Shown: positions 13,726 to 24,147, numbered from the stretch's first letter. The stretch is 64,000 bases of DNA from Spirochaetia bacterium (GCA_965208575.1 CBDBOV010000005.1:448001-512000), one strand, 5' to 3'. Made by a program: numbers and translations. Notes: generated by a model from the sequence alone, not told the origin.

Positions 13726-15006
13726 GTGAGGCGCCGGCGGCGCACGCACCGGGCGGCCGCGGCGTCGCTCGCCGGCGCCGTGCTGCTTGCCGGGCCGCTG
13801 TCCTGCAGCCGCGACGACTCCACCGTACCTGCGCCACGCGTTTCGGCCGACGACCGGGCGAGCCGGTCCGCGCCCGCCGCGGCCACTGACGCGCGGGTGC
13901 CGGGGGTGACCGGGACGCGCATCCTGTTCGGGCAGTCGGCAGCTTTCAGCGGCCCGGCCCGCGAGCTGGGCCGGAACATGCGGCTGGGCATCGAGGCGGC
14001 GTTCCACGAGGCCAACGCCGGCGGCGGCGTCCACGGCCGCCGCCTGGAGCTGGTTGCCGTAGATGATTCCTACGAGCCGGAAGCGGCGATCGCCAACACC
14101 TTCCGGCTCATCGAACAGGAGAAGGTGTTCGCCCTGATCGGCGCCGTCGGCACGCCCACCTCGCGTTCCGCCACACCGGTCGCCGCCGAGGCGGGCGTGC
14201 CCTACATCGCCCCGTTCACGGGAGCGGAGTTTCTGCGCGACTCCGAGTGGGACAACGTGCTCAACCTGCGCGCCTCCTATTACCAGGAGACCGAGGAGAT
14301 GGTCGCCCGGCTGACCGAGGACCTGGGCGCGACCCGCATCGCGGTGCTGTACCAGGACGACTCGTTCGGCCGCGCCGGCTACCGCGGGGTGCGGCTGGCG
14401 CTCGACCGGCGCGCCATGGAGCCGGTGTCGATCGGGCTCTATCCGCGCAACACCACCGCGGTGAAGACCGCCCTGCTCGACCTGCGCCGCGGCGAGCCGG
14501 AGGCGGTGATCATGATCGGCGCCTACCAGCCGGTGGCGGAGCTGATCCGGTGGGCGCGTCACGTGGGGATGGACCCGACCTTCCTCACCGTGTCCTTCGT
14601 CGGCAGCAACGCGCTCGCCGAGGAACTCGGAGCGGAGGGAGAGGGGGTGTACGTGACGCAGGTGGTGCCGTTTCCTACCGACGACTCGCTGCCGGTGGTC
14701 GGCTCCTACCTGCGCGCACTGGCGGCATACGATCCCGAGATCGCGCCTGGATTCGTGTCCTTCGAGGGCTACCTGGCCGGCAGGCTCGCGGCGGCGGGAG
14801 TCGCCGCCTGCGGGGAGCAGGTGACGCGCGAGTGCTTTGTGGGCGGCCTGCGCGGCAGCGAGGCGATCGACATCGACGGCTTCGAGTTGCGCTACGGCGC
14901 CACCGACAACCAGGGCTCCGACGCCGTGTTCCTGACCCGGATCGGTGCCGACGGGCGGTACCACCCGGCCGCCACCCTGCAGGCCGGCGCCGCGCCGGAC
15001 CGGTAG
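13726..15006 (+). CDS. LivJ-like periplasmic binding (lipo)protein
   Basis: ILFGQSAAFSGPA, DDSYEP, GAVGTPT, NLRASY; Arg-rich leader ending LAGPLSC; start approximate. Confidence 0.85.
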   Translation: MRRRRRTHRAAAASLAGAVLLAGPLSCSRDDSTVPAPRVSADDRASRSAPAAATDARVPGVTGTRILFGQSAAFSGPARELGRNMRLGIEAAFHEANAGGGVHGRRLELVAVDDSYEPEAAIANTFRLIEQEKVFALIGAVGTPTSRSATPVAAEAGVPYIAPFTGAEFLRDSEWDNVLNLRASYYQETEEMVARLTEDLGATRIAVLYQDDSFGRAGYRGVRLALDRRAMEPVSIGLYPRNTTAVKTALLDLRRGEPEAVIMIGAYQPVAELIRWARHVGMDPTFLTVSFVGSNALAEELGAEGEGVYVTQVVPFPTDDSLPVVGSYLRALAAYDPEIAPGFVSFEGYLAGRLAAAGVAACGEQVTRECFVGGLRGSEAIDIDGFELRYGATDNQGSDAVFLTRIGADGRYHPAATLQAGAAPDR

Positions 15007-15009
15007 CCG

Positions 15010-17217
15010 GTGGCGGCGCATGGCCCGGAGCGGGTGCAGGTGAAGGAGCGCCTGCGGCGCCTGCGGCACTATCCGTCGCGGCTCTCCGGGCAGTTCTCGC
15101 TGGGCATCGGCGCCGCGGTGGCGCTGACCGTGGCGGCCAGCCTGGTGGCCTGGTTCTTCTTCGACCGCGTGGCCGGCCTGCAGCGGCGGGTCAACGAGGG
15201 CAGCGTTCCGGAGATGGTGGCCGCGTTCGGGGTGGCGCAGTTCGCCAGCAGCCTGGTGGCCGCCGCGCCGCGCCTGACCACGGCGGCGACGCCGGAGGAG
15301 TTCACCGCCGTCGCCGCCCGCATAACCGAAACCCACGACGCGCTGCAGGCGGAACTGGACGCGCTGCAGCAGGCCGGCGCCGACGCCGCCGCCATCGCGC
15401 GCGTGCGCGCCCACGCCGACACGCTGCTGGCCAACATCGAGGCGATCGAGGCCGGCATGACCGAGCTGTTTCCTTTGCACGAGCGCAGCGCCGCGCTGCG
15501 CACCGAACTGGCCGAGCTGCGCGGCCGGATGGAGGAACTGGTCATTCCCGCCATCGACGACCAGTTGTTCTACACCATCACCGGCTACCACACCCTCGGC
15601 GCTCCCCCGGCACCGCGTGCCGAGCACCTGTCGGAGCACGAACTGGGCCGCTACCGGCGGCTCGCCGACCTGCAGGCGGACGGCAACATCGCCGCCCAGC
15701 TCCTGGCGAGCGCGTTCAACCTGCAGGGCGCCTCGTCGATCGAGCCGCTGCGCGAGCGGTTCGAGTCGGCGGGCGGGCGCATCGAGCGCAGCCTGGCCGC
15801 GCTCGAGGAGTCGCCGCTGCGGGCCGCGGTGGTGCCGATCTTCGCCCGCCTGCTGGCGCTGGGGCTCGACGGCGAGAGCGGCTTCGACCTGCGCACGCGC
15901 GAGCTGCGGCTCGGCGAGCGGCAGCGCGGCCTGCTGGCGCGCAACCGCGACCTCGCGGTGGAACTGGTGGCCGCGGTGGATGAGCTGGTCGACACCGCGC
16001 ATGGCCAAACCCGGGAGGCAACGCAGGCCTCCACGCAGGCGATCGTGACCGCGCGCACGCTGCTGCTCGTGATCAGCGGCGTCAGCCTGGTCGGCGCCGT
16101 GCTGATCGCCTGGCTGTTCATCGGGCGGGTGCTGCTGCACCGGCTGGGCATGCTGTCGGACTGGATGCGGCGCATGGCCGGCGGCGACCTGGAGGCGCGC
16201 GTGGCGATCGGCGGGCGCGACGAGGTGGCCGACATGGCGGCGGCGCTGGAGGTGTTCCGCCGCCACGCCCTGGAGGTGCAGCGCCTGAACCTGGTGGAGC
16301 GGCTGGCGGAGGAGCTGAAGGGCAAGAACGAGCAGCTCGAGACCGCGCTCGATGACCTGGGCCGCGCGCAGGACCAGATCGTGATGCGCGAGAAGCTGGC
16401 CGCGCTCGGCGAGTTGACCGCCGGCGTCGCGCACGAGATCCGCAATCCCCTGAACTTCGTCAAGAACTTCTCGGAGGCCTCGGCCGAGCTGATCGACGAG
16501 CTGAAGGAGGTGCTCGAAGAGGAAAGCGACAAGCTGGACGAGGAGCAGCGCTCGCTGCTTGCCGAGATCACCGGCGACCTGGTCGACAACCTGGGCCGCA
16601 TCCGCTCGCACGGCGACCGCGCCAACCGCATCGTGCACGACATGCTGATGCTGGGGCGCCACTCCGCCGAGGTGCTGCAGGTCGACATCAACGGCCTCGT
16701 GGAGGAGTACGCGCGGCTCGCCTACCACAGCGCGCGCGCAACCGACCCCGAGTTCCAACTCGATGTGCAGTACGACCTGGATGCCGAGCTGGGGGAGATG
16801 GAGGTGATCCCGCAGGACCTTGGCCGGGTGTTCCTGAACATGGTGGCCAACGCCTGCGACGCCACCGACGACAAGCGCCGCACCACCGCCGCCGGCAACG
16901 GGAGCGGTTCCTACCAGCCGACCCTGCATATCTCCAGCCGGCGCACCGCCGACAGCGCCGTGATCCGCATCAAGGACAACGCCGACGGCATGCCGCCGGA
17001 GATCGTCGCCAAGATCTTCACGCCGTTCTTCACCACCAAGCCGGCCGGCAAGGGCACCGGCCTCGGTCTGGCGATGTCCGCCGACATCGTGCGCGAGCAC
17101 GGCGGTACGATTCAGGTCAACACCGAGCCCGGCGAATTTACGGAGATGGTGATCGAGCTGCCGCTGCAGCCGCCCGCCAAGCTGGGCGCCGCCGAGGAGG
17201 AGAGTGATGGCAGGTAG
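15010..17217 (+). CDS. Sensor histidine kinase with long helical periplasmic domain and HAMP
   Basis: Two TM segments, HAMP (GRDEVADMAAAL), AHEIRNPL, KDNADG, FFTTKPAGKGTGLGL. Confidence 0.92.
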   Translation: MAAHGPERVQVKERLRRLRHYPSRLSGQFSLGIGAAVALTVAASLVAWFFFDRVAGLQRRVNEGSVPEMVAAFGVAQFASSLVAAAPRLTTAATPEEFTAVAARITETHDALQAELDALQQAGADAAAIARVRAHADTLLANIEAIEAGMTELFPLHERSAALRTELAELRGRMEELVIPAIDDQLFYTITGYHTLGAPPAPRAEHLSEHELGRYRRLADLQADGNIAAQLLASAFNLQGASSIEPLRERFESAGGRIERSLAALEESPLRAAVVPIFARLLALGLDGESGFDLRTRELRLGERQRGLLARNRDLAVELVAAVDELVDTAHGQTREATQASTQAIVTARTLLLVISGVSLVGAVLIAWLFIGRVLLHRLGMLSDWMRRMAGGDLEARVAIGGRDEVADMAAALEVFRRHALEVQRLNLVERLAEELKGKNEQLETALDDLGRAQDQIVMREKLAALGELTAGVAHEIRNPLNFVKNFSEASAELIDELKEVLEEESDKLDEEQRSLLAEITGDLVDNLGRIRSHGDRANRIVHDMLMLGRHSAEVLQVDINGLVEEYARLAYHSARATDPEFQLDVQYDLDAELGEMEVIPQDLGRVFLNMVANACDATDDKRRTTAAGNGSGSYQPTLHISSRRTADSAVIRIKDNADGMPPEIVAKIFTPFFTTKPAGKGTGLGLAMSADIVREHGGTIQVNTEPGEFTEMVIELPLQPPAKLGAAEEESDGR

Positions 17218-18346
17218 CGAACAGGAGCGGCGCATCGCACGCGTGATCGAGGAATACGACCTGCAGGGCTGGCATCGCAGCGGCACCGAGGTGGACGCCG
17301 CCTCGGCGCGCTGGCTGGCCGACAAGGTGGCCGGCTGCGGCCTGGAGCCGACCCTGGAGAGCGTTCCGTTCGACCGCTTCGACCCCGGCCCCGCCTACGT
17401 GCACACCGGCGGGCGCAGGGTCGCCGGCGTACCCCTGTTCGACGGCGGCCTGACCGGGCCGGACGGCGTGTCGGGCTCGTTGGGCGCCCTTGGTTCCGGC
17501 TCGGCCATCGGCGTGACGGAGACCGGCGCCGAGCCGATGGCCCGCTACCGCGATGCGCGCCGCGCGGGCGCACACGACGCCATCGTCGCCGTTACCCCCG
17601 CCGGGCCGGGCGTCGCCCTGATGAACGCCGTTCACTTCTTTGAGCCGTTCGGGCCGCCGGTCCTGCAGGTGGGCAGCGAGGCTCGCCCGCACCTTGCAGA
17701 GCAGGCCCGCCGCGGTGCCGGCGCCCGGGTGGTCGTCTCGGCATCGCGTCAGCCCGCCGAGACCTGCAACGTAACGGCCGCGATACCCGGCCGAGACCCA
17801 GGTCTCGCCCCGGTCGTCGTAATGACGCCGCGCAGCGGCTGGTGGCACTGTGCCGGCGAGCGGGGCGGCGGCATCGCCTGCTGGCTCGAGGTGATGCGCG
17901 CCATGGCCGGGACCGGCCCGGCCCGCGATGTGCTGTTCGTGTCGACGACCGGACACGAGATAGGCCTGCCGGGCATCGAGGCTTTCCTGAAGGAACGACC
18001 GGCCGTCCTGGCCGGTGCACGACTCTGGGTCCACTTCGGGGCCAACATAGGCGCCACACCGCACGTTGGGCCGCTCTACGCCGCCACCGGCGACAAGCTG
18101 CGGGAGGCGGCCCGGGAGGCCCTCGTCGCGGCCGGTGCCGGGTCTGCCGAACCCTCGGACGCGATGGTGGGCGCGGAGTCCAGCCTCATAGCGGCCAGGG
18201 GCGCCCGCTGCGTGGCGATGGTGGGAGGCCGCTACGACCTGTTCCACCGCGAGGCCGACCGCTGGCCCGCTTCCATCGACCCCGAGGCCATAGCCCGATG
18301 CGCCAACGGCTTCGCGCGCATCGCCATGAACGCCACATCCGGGTAA
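17207..18346 (+). CDS. M28 peptidase-like hypothetical protein
   Basis: GWHRSGT, PRSGWW..AGERGGG, TGHEIG, HFGAN, FHREAD. Confidence 0.6.
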   Translation: MAGSEQERRIARVIEEYDLQGWHRSGTEVDAASARWLADKVAGCGLEPTLESVPFDRFDPGPAYVHTGGRRVAGVPLFDGGLTGPDGVSGSLGALGSGSAIGVTETGAEPMARYRDARRAGAHDAIVAVTPAGPGVALMNAVHFFEPFGPPVLQVGSEARPHLAEQARRGAGARVVVSASRQPAETCNVTAAIPGRDPGLAPVVVMTPRSGWWHCAGERGGGIACWLEVMRAMAGTGPARDVLFVSTTGHEIGLPGIEAFLKERPAVLAGARLWVHFGANIGATPHVGPLYAATGDKLREAAREALVAAGAGSAEPSDAMVGAESSLIAARGARCVAMVGGRYDLFHREADRWPASIDPEAIARCANGFARIAMNATSG

Positions 18347-18473
18347 CGGTGACCTTGCACCAACCCGGCTTCCGTCCCCTGCCGGCCGCCTGCGCTGGCC
18401 GCCTCCGCCGCTACGTCGCCGGCCGGGACGCAAAGTAGCCGACCTTGGTACGCGTGCGGCAAGGTCTTGTCTC

Positions 18474-18513
18474 GGTGTAGTTCGTTGGTGTATCTTGATG
18501 GTGTACTGGTGTG
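18474..18513 (+). promoter_or_regulatory. GGTGT(A/G) direct repeats upstream of vapBC, putative antitoxin operator
   Basis: GGTGTA at 18474, 18487 and 18500; GGTGTG at 18508. Confidence 0.4.
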
Positions 18514-18520
18514 ATGACTC

Positions 18521-18739
18521 ATGAGGAGCCCGATGAATCGCATTACCGTTACGATTGACAACCAGCTCATCGAAGAAGCTCGGCAAGCGTTGCGTGCGTC
18601 CACGAAGCGGGAAACGATCGAGTTGGCCCTTCGGGAGGCGGTCAAGGCCTGGAGGCGCAACGCGGCGTTGAGCCGCGCGGGCCGGTTGGACCTGGAGTTG
18701 GACCAGGAGGAACTTGCGCGGTTGCGCCGCCAGCCGTGA
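18521..18739 (+). CDS. vapB: VapB-type antitoxin
   Basis: RITVTIDNQLIEEA...TKRETIELALRE; overlaps the PIN gene start. Confidence 0.85.
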   Translation: MRSPMNRITVTIDNQLIEEARQALRASTKRETIELALREAVKAWRRNAALSRAGRLDLELDQEELARLRRQP

Positions 18740-19125
18740 TCCTGGTCGATAGCTCCGCGTGGATCGAGTACTACCGCCGGGGCGGGGAGGAGGAGGTCAG
18801 GGACCTTGTGTTCTCCGCGATTCGTGACCACCGGGCGGCAACCAACGGCATCATAAAGGTAGAGATCGTGGCCTACGCCACGCGCGACGCGGACTCTCGG
18901 GACGTGTGGTCAGACTTGTCGGGGTGCCACTGGCTTGAGCTCACGACGCCCGTCTTCGAACTTGCCGTCACAATGGGACGCCAATTGAGAACACTCGGGG
19001 TCACCGTACCGGCGACTGACTTGATCATCGCCAGTTCGGCTCGGCTCGCCGGTGCGGAACTGCTGCACTTCGACGGTCATTTCGAAATGATCGCGGAACA
19101 CCTGCCCCTGGTCACACAGTTTTGA
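18736..19125 (+). CDS. vapC: VapC PIN toxin
   Basis: ILVDSSAWIEY, DLIIAS, HFDGHF. Confidence 0.9.
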   Translation: MILVDSSAWIEYYRRGGEEEVRDLVFSAIRDHRAATNGIIKVEIVAYATRDADSRDVWSDLSGCHWLELTTPVFELAVTMGRQLRTLGVTVPATDLIIASSARLAGAELLHFDGHFEMIAEHLPLVTQF

Positions 19126-19175
19126 CGAGGACGCGCTGCGCTTCATCGGGTGACGGCTCGCTGCGGCCCGTCGCG

Positions 19176-20018
19176 CTAGTAGCTGGGTGGGGTGGCGGAG
19201 GGGGTGAGCTGCAGCTCGTGGGTCCAGCAGGAGCGGTCCTGGGTGTGCAGGTAGTAGAACGCCTCGGCGATCTTGACCGGGTTGATTACGGTCTCGGGCC
19301 GCTCCTGGGCGGCCGGCAGGGCGCGGGTGCCGGGTGAGTCGATCAGGCCGTCGATCACGATGTTGGCCACGTGCACGCCGTGCTCGGAGTATTCCTCGGT
19401 AAGCACCTGGGCGAGGTTGCGCATCATCACGCGCGGGTAGTAGAGCGACTGACCGGTGAGCCGCTTGCGCCCGCGCAGCGACGACGCGTTGTTGGTGAGC
19501 AGGAACGACCCGGAGCCGCGCTCGCGCATCGCCGGCAGCACCTCCTTGGCGACCAGGAACGGGCCGCGGCTGGCCACGTGCTGGGCGGTCTCGAACATCT
19601 CGGTGGGGATGTACTCCAGCAGTTCCCGGTCGGGCGGCAGTTCGCGGCCTTCGATGTAGCCGGCGTTGTACACCACCACGTCCGGCTCGCCGGCCTCGCG
19701 GCGGATGGCCGCGAACGCGCGCGCGATCGATCCCTCCGAAACCAGGTCCAGCTCCACGATCATCGACGTGCCGCCCTGGACATCGATCGCCGCCCCCAGC
19801 GCGGCCGCGTTGGCCGCGCGCCGCGTGGTGAGCACCGTGAGGTAGCCCTCGGCGGCGAACTTCTGCGCCACCGCGCCGCCCACGCCCCAGCGCACGCCCA
19901 CCGGCAGGCCGCTGTCGTCCAGCGTACCGCCGTGCACCAAGAGGGTGTTGCGCCCATCCGCCTGCCACTTGGAGGTGGCCCCGATCACCACCGCGATTTT
20001 TCCGGAATTGCCGTTCAT
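19176..20018 (-). CDS. SDR-family oxidoreductase
   Basis: GVGGAVA, VYNAG, GVHVANIVIDG, WTHEL. Confidence 0.85.
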   Translation of the reverse strand: MNGNSGKIAVVIGATSKWQADGRNTLLVHGGTLDDSGLPVGVRWGVGGAVAQKFAAEGYLTVLTTRRAANAAALGAAIDVQGGTSMIVELDLVSEGSIARAFAAIRREAGEPDVVVYNAGYIEGRELPPDRELLEYIPTEMFETAQHVASRGPFLVAKEVLPAMRERGSGSFLLTNNASSLRGRKRLTGQSLYYPRVMMRNLAQVLTEEYSEHGVHVANIVIDGLIDSPGTRALPAAQERPETVINPVKIAEAFYYLHTQDRSCWTHELQLTPSATPPSY

Positions 20019-20122
20019 GTTCGCCGCGCATCTTAACCGCACATGACCGGAGCCGCCACACCCGCACATACCCGCACCGCGATATCCTTGACACTGCTCA
20101 CCGCCTGTGGCACGACGAGACC

Positions 20123-21070
20123 ATGCAGACCACGACCATCGGCACCGATTCCGCGGCCGTTGTCCTGGAGGCGGCCAAGGCGCACCTGGACGAGCACGGC
20201 TATTGCATCGTCGAAAACGCGATCAGCAGGGCGGAGGCGGATGCGCTGCGCACGCGCCTGACCGAGCAGGCGGAGGCGGAGGCGCAGATCGGCCTCGATC
20301 GTGTCCTCGGTGACCGGAAACAGCTTGTCGGGTTCCTGCTCAACAAGGGGCAGGGGTTTCGCGATCTGCTGTTCCACCCGGTGATGCGCAACATCGTCGA
20401 GCACGTGGTCGGCCCGCGCCACCTGCTGTCCTCCTACAACGGCCACCTGGCGCTGCCGGGCGGCACCACCCGGTTCCACACCGACCAGTGGTGGATGCCG
20501 CCGCCCACCAACGCCGCCCGGCAGACCCTGCTGCGCCCCGGCGACATGGACCGTGACGACACCCGCGGCCACCACCGCACCGGCGAGGATGGCATGCGCC
20601 CCGCCGCCATCTCGCCGGCGTGCGTGTGCAACATCATGTGGACCATCGACGACTTCACAGCCGAGAACGGCGCCACCATCGTGGTGCCGGGCAGCCATCT
20701 GTGCGGGCGCGAACCCGACCACGAGCTGGACGAGGATGCCGGGTGGGTGGCCGCGGAGGCGCCGGCGGGCAGCTTCATCGCACTCGACGGGCGGGTGTGG
20801 CACTCCACCGGCGAGAACCACACCGACCGGCCGCGCATTGGCCTGACCACCAACTTCTGCGCCTGGCAGTTCCGGCAGCAGGAGAACCTGGTGATGGGCG
20901 TCTCCGACGAGGTGCTCGCCCACGCCACGCCCGAGTTGCGCGACCTGATCGGTTTCCGCCCCGACTCCGGCTACGGCGGCATCGAAAGCCGCGAGCGGAT
21001 CGCCCGCGGCGAGTACGCCTTCGGCGAACTCAAGCCTGCCGCTTCGCGCGCTGGAAGATGCAATGAGTGA
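20123..21070 (+). CDS. Phytanoyl-CoA dioxygenase (PhyH) family
   Basis: FHTDQ, DDFTAENGAT..VPGSH, WHSTGEN. Confidence 0.9.
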   Translation: MQTTTIGTDSAAVVLEAAKAHLDEHGYCIVENAISRAEADALRTRLTEQAEAEAQIGLDRVLGDRKQLVGFLLNKGQGFRDLLFHPVMRNIVEHVVGPRHLLSSYNGHLALPGGTTRFHTDQWWMPPPTNAARQTLLRPGDMDRDDTRGHHRTGEDGMRPAAISPACVCNIMWTIDDFTAENGATIVVPGSHLCGREPDHELDEDAGWVAAEAPAGSFIALDGRVWHSTGENHTDRPRIGLTTNFCAWQFRQQENLVMGVSDEVLAHATPELRDLIGFRPDSGYGGIESRERIARGEYAFGELKPAASRAGRCNE

Positions 21071-22301
21071 AACCTCCCGGCTGATGCGACCCCAGCAGCT
21101 TGATCGTGAACTGCGCCGGTTGTTCGGGCCGCGGGCGCGCAGCGCGGGACCGCTGACCGCCAGCGGCGCCGGGCGGCGCCTGGTGGGCGTCGACCTGCGG
21201 CAGCGGCTCGCGCCGGAGCAGGTTGCTCTGCTGGTCGATGCGCTGAGCCAGTTCCGCATCGTGTGCCTTCCGGGGCAGGACCTGGCGTCGTTTTCGCTGG
21301 CCGATTTCGAGCGCTTCGCCAACCACTGGGGCGCGCCGGTGCCGCATCCGAGCAACTTCCTGCGCGGCGGCAAGCCGGCCCAGTCGGACGGCGCCACCGA
21401 CGGCGAAATCGAGGTGATTCCGTTCGCGCAGCGCAAGGCGGCAAGGGTGAACACGGCGTTCCCTGGCCAACTGCAGTGCCTGCCGCACGAGTCGCCGGCG
21501 GTCCTGGTGGTGGCCAACTTCCAGGGCAACGGCGCCGTGCAGCGGGGCGAGGTCACCACCGGCATGGGCGGCTCCTGGCACACCGACATCGAGTACGAAC
21601 CGCTGCCGATCTACGTGTCGATGTTTCTCGCCCACCACATGCCGGTACGGCGCGATGCCCCGGGCGGCACCTGGGTCGAAGCCCTGGATCTGTCCGGCGA
21701 GCCCGATCCGAGCCCCTACTTCGACGGCTCCGACCCGGAGTTGATCCGGCTGCGCAAGACGCTTCCTCTGAACGGCGAGACCGCGTTCGCGGACGCCGCC
21801 GGCGCGTTCGCGGCGCTGCCGCCGGAACGGCAGGCGCTGCTGGAGCGCACCCGGGTACGGCGCCGGCTGAACGAAGGCGACGAGGGCTGGCTGGCGCCGC
21901 TGGTGCGCACCAACCCGCGCTCCGGAATCAAGGCGCTGCACAGTCCGGTGTGGGCTTCGCGGCCCGGCGTGCGCCCGGCGATCGAGGTCGACGGCATGTC
22001 GAGCGAGGAGTCGCGCGCGTTTCTCGACGAGCTGGAGGCGCACGTGCTGCAGCCGCGCTTCCGCTACGACCACCTGCACCTACCCGGTGACGTGACGCTG
22101 TGGGACAACTACATGACCCTGCACAACACGCCGCTGGTCAAGCACAACATCGACTCGATCGACGACGCGCGCCTGCTCTACCGCCTGAGCTGCAAGGGCG
22201 AACCGGCGCTCACCCTGCCGCGCAATGATCCGCCGGAGTGGATTGCAGCCCACATCAACGCCGGCTACACCACTCCGCCCGCGATCATCGCCGCGACCTG
22301 A
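21063..22301 (+). CDS. TauD/TfdA-family dioxygenase
   Basis: WHTD, GETAFAD, GDVTLWDN..TLH; overlaps the PhyH stop. Confidence 0.85.
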   Translation: MSETSRLMRPQQLDRELRRLFGPRARSAGPLTASGAGRRLVGVDLRQRLAPEQVALLVDALSQFRIVCLPGQDLASFSLADFERFANHWGAPVPHPSNFLRGGKPAQSDGATDGEIEVIPFAQRKAARVNTAFPGQLQCLPHESPAVLVVANFQGNGAVQRGEVTTGMGGSWHTDIEYEPLPIYVSMFLAHHMPVRRDAPGGTWVEALDLSGEPDPSPYFDGSDPELIRLRKTLPLNGETAFADAAGAFAALPPERQALLERTRVRRRLNEGDEGWLAPLVRTNPRSGIKALHSPVWASRPGVRPAIEVDGMSSEESRAFLDELEAHVLQPRFRYDHLHLPGDVTLWDNYMTLHNTPLVKHNIDSIDDARLLYRLSCKGEPALTLPRNDPPEWIAAHINAGYTTPPAIIAAT

Positions 22302-22362
22302 GCCACGCCTCGGGCCAAGGCGGGCGACCGGCCGCATGCAGCCGGTGTTTGGCCACGGGCTG

Positions 22363-24063
22363 CTATCGGCGGTGGAGGGCGATTCCCCAGGGATCGACGA
22401 GACCGCTGCTCACTACGTCCTCGACTTCGGTGCCGTCCAGGTTGGCGCGCCCGATCTTGTCGGTGCCCCAGTCGGTCCAGTACAGCTTGCCCGCTTCGGC
22501 GTCCAGCGCCAGGCTCTGCGGATTGGCGAGGCCGGACGTGACCAGGTCGCGGACGTCCGTGCCGTCCAGGTTGGCGCGCCCGATCTTGTCGGTGCGCCGG
22601 TCGGTCCAGTAGATCCGGCCGCCGCCGACGGCGATACCCTGCGGATTCACCAGGCCGTCGGCCGCGGTCACCAGCACCCGGATGTCGCTGCCGTCCAGGT
22701 TGGCGGACTGGATCGTGGCCGTGCCCTGGTCGGTCCAGTAGAGCCGCTGCGCGCCGGCATCCACGGCGATACCCTGCGGACTGACCAGGCCGTCCGCCTC
22801 GGTCAGCAGGTCTTCCACGCCGGTGCCGTCGAGGTTGGCACGCTGGATCCTGGCGTCCTGCCTGGTGTCCCCGCGGTTGGGGGCGGTCCAGTAGATCCTG
22901 CCGCCGGCCACGTCGAGCGCGATCGCCAGGGCGCCGCGCATGCCGTGCAGGACAAGCACCTCGCCGCCGGAGCCGTCCAGGTTGAAGCGCCGGATCTCGT
23001 TCGGCTTCGCTTCGTTCGGGTACGCGTCGACCGCGTAGATTGCGCCGCCGCTGCCGTCCACGGCGATGCCGCGCGGATCCAGAATCCCCATCGCCACCAG
23101 CAGTTCCACCCCGCTGCCGTCCAGGTTGGCGCGCTGAATCCCCTTCAGCAGGTCGGTCCAGTACATCTTCCCGGCGGCGGTGTCCAACGCGACTTCGTAG
23201 GGAGCGCCCGCGTCGCCGGCGACATCCTCGATGCCGGTGCCATCCAGGTTGGCGCGCTGGATTCTGCCGAGCGTGAGCTCGGTCCAGTACATCTTGCCGG
23301 CGCCGACGTCCAGCGCCAGGCCGTCGCGGCGGGAGGAGGTCAGTCCCGAAGTCGCCGGCGTCACCAAGTCCTCGACCTCGCTGCCGTCCAGGTTGGCGCG
23401 CTGGATCTTGTCCGTCGCGCGGTCGGTCCAGTACATCTTTCCGGCGGCCACGTCGAGCGCCAGGCCGCGCGGGCTCTGCAGGCCGGCAATCACCAGGTCT
23501 TCCACGTGCGAGCCGTCCAGGTCGGCGCGCTGAATCTTCTCGGTGCCGGCATCGGTCCAGTACACCTTGCCGCCGGCCACGTCCAAAGCGATCCCGTAGG
23601 GGTTGTCCAGGGTAGTGATGACCAGGTCTTCGACCGCCGAGCCGTCCAGGTCGGCGCGCCGGATCGTGTTCGCTCCGTAGTCGGTCCAGTAGATCTTGCC
23701 GCCGGCGGCATCCACGGCGATGCCGTTCGGGCGGGCGGTGCGCACCAGGGTCTCGACGCCGGAGCCGTCCAGGTTGGCGCGCTGAATGCCCACCTCCCAG
23801 TCGGTCCAGTAGATCTTGCCGCCGGCGACGGCCACCGCGATCCCGTACGGTTCGATCAAGCCCTGTGGCAGGAGGTCCTCGACGTGGGAACCGTCCAGGC
23901 GCGCGCGCTGGATCGTATTGGTGCCGGCGTCGGTCCAGTAGATGTGCGCATCTGCCGGCGCGGGCGGCGCGGGTACGGAGGTCATTCCGCCGCAGCCGGC
24001 CAGCAGGCCCAGCACGGGAACGATGAGCAACACTCCACGGTGATGCCCGGACAACTTGTTCAT
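22363..24063 (-). CDS. Lipoprotein with 12 YWTD (LDL-receptor class B) repeats
   Basis: LLAGC lipobox; repeated GIALD..GK.YWTD....KIQRANLDG. Confidence 0.92.
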   Translation of the reverse strand: MNKLSGHHRGVLLIVPVLGLLAGCGGMTSVPAPPAPADAHIYWTDAGTNTIQRARLDGSHVEDLLPQGLIEPYGIAVAVAGGKIYWTDWEVGIQRANLDGSGVETLVRTARPNGIAVDAAGGKIYWTDYGANTIRRADLDGSAVEDLVITTLDNPYGIALDVAGGKVYWTDAGTEKIQRADLDGSHVEDLVIAGLQSPRGLALDVAAGKMYWTDRATDKIQRANLDGSEVEDLVTPATSGLTSSRRDGLALDVGAGKMYWTELTLGRIQRANLDGTGIEDVAGDAGAPYEVALDTAAGKMYWTDLLKGIQRANLDGSGVELLVAMGILDPRGIAVDGSGGAIYAVDAYPNEAKPNEIRRFNLDGSGGEVLVLHGMRGALAIALDVAGGRIYWTAPNRGDTRQDARIQRANLDGTGVEDLLTEADGLVSPQGIAVDAGAQRLYWTDQGTATIQSANLDGSDIRVLVTAADGLVNPQGIAVGGGRIYWTDRRTDKIGRANLDGTDVRDLVTSGLANPQSLALDAEAGKLYWTDWGTDKIGRANLDGTEVEDVVSSGLVDPWGIALHRR

Positions 24064-24147
24064 AAATGAAGCATCGGCACGAGCAGTCCGTGGCGAAACA
24101 CCGGCTGCATTCGAGCGGAGATACGCCGGCGGAGGATCAGTTCACGT

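Noticed and set aside
18425-18470. c-di-GMP-I riboswitch (GGGACGCAAAG)
   Set aside because: Upstream GGCAAACC/GAAA elements are not found; only a GACCTTG...CAAGGTC hairpin is present
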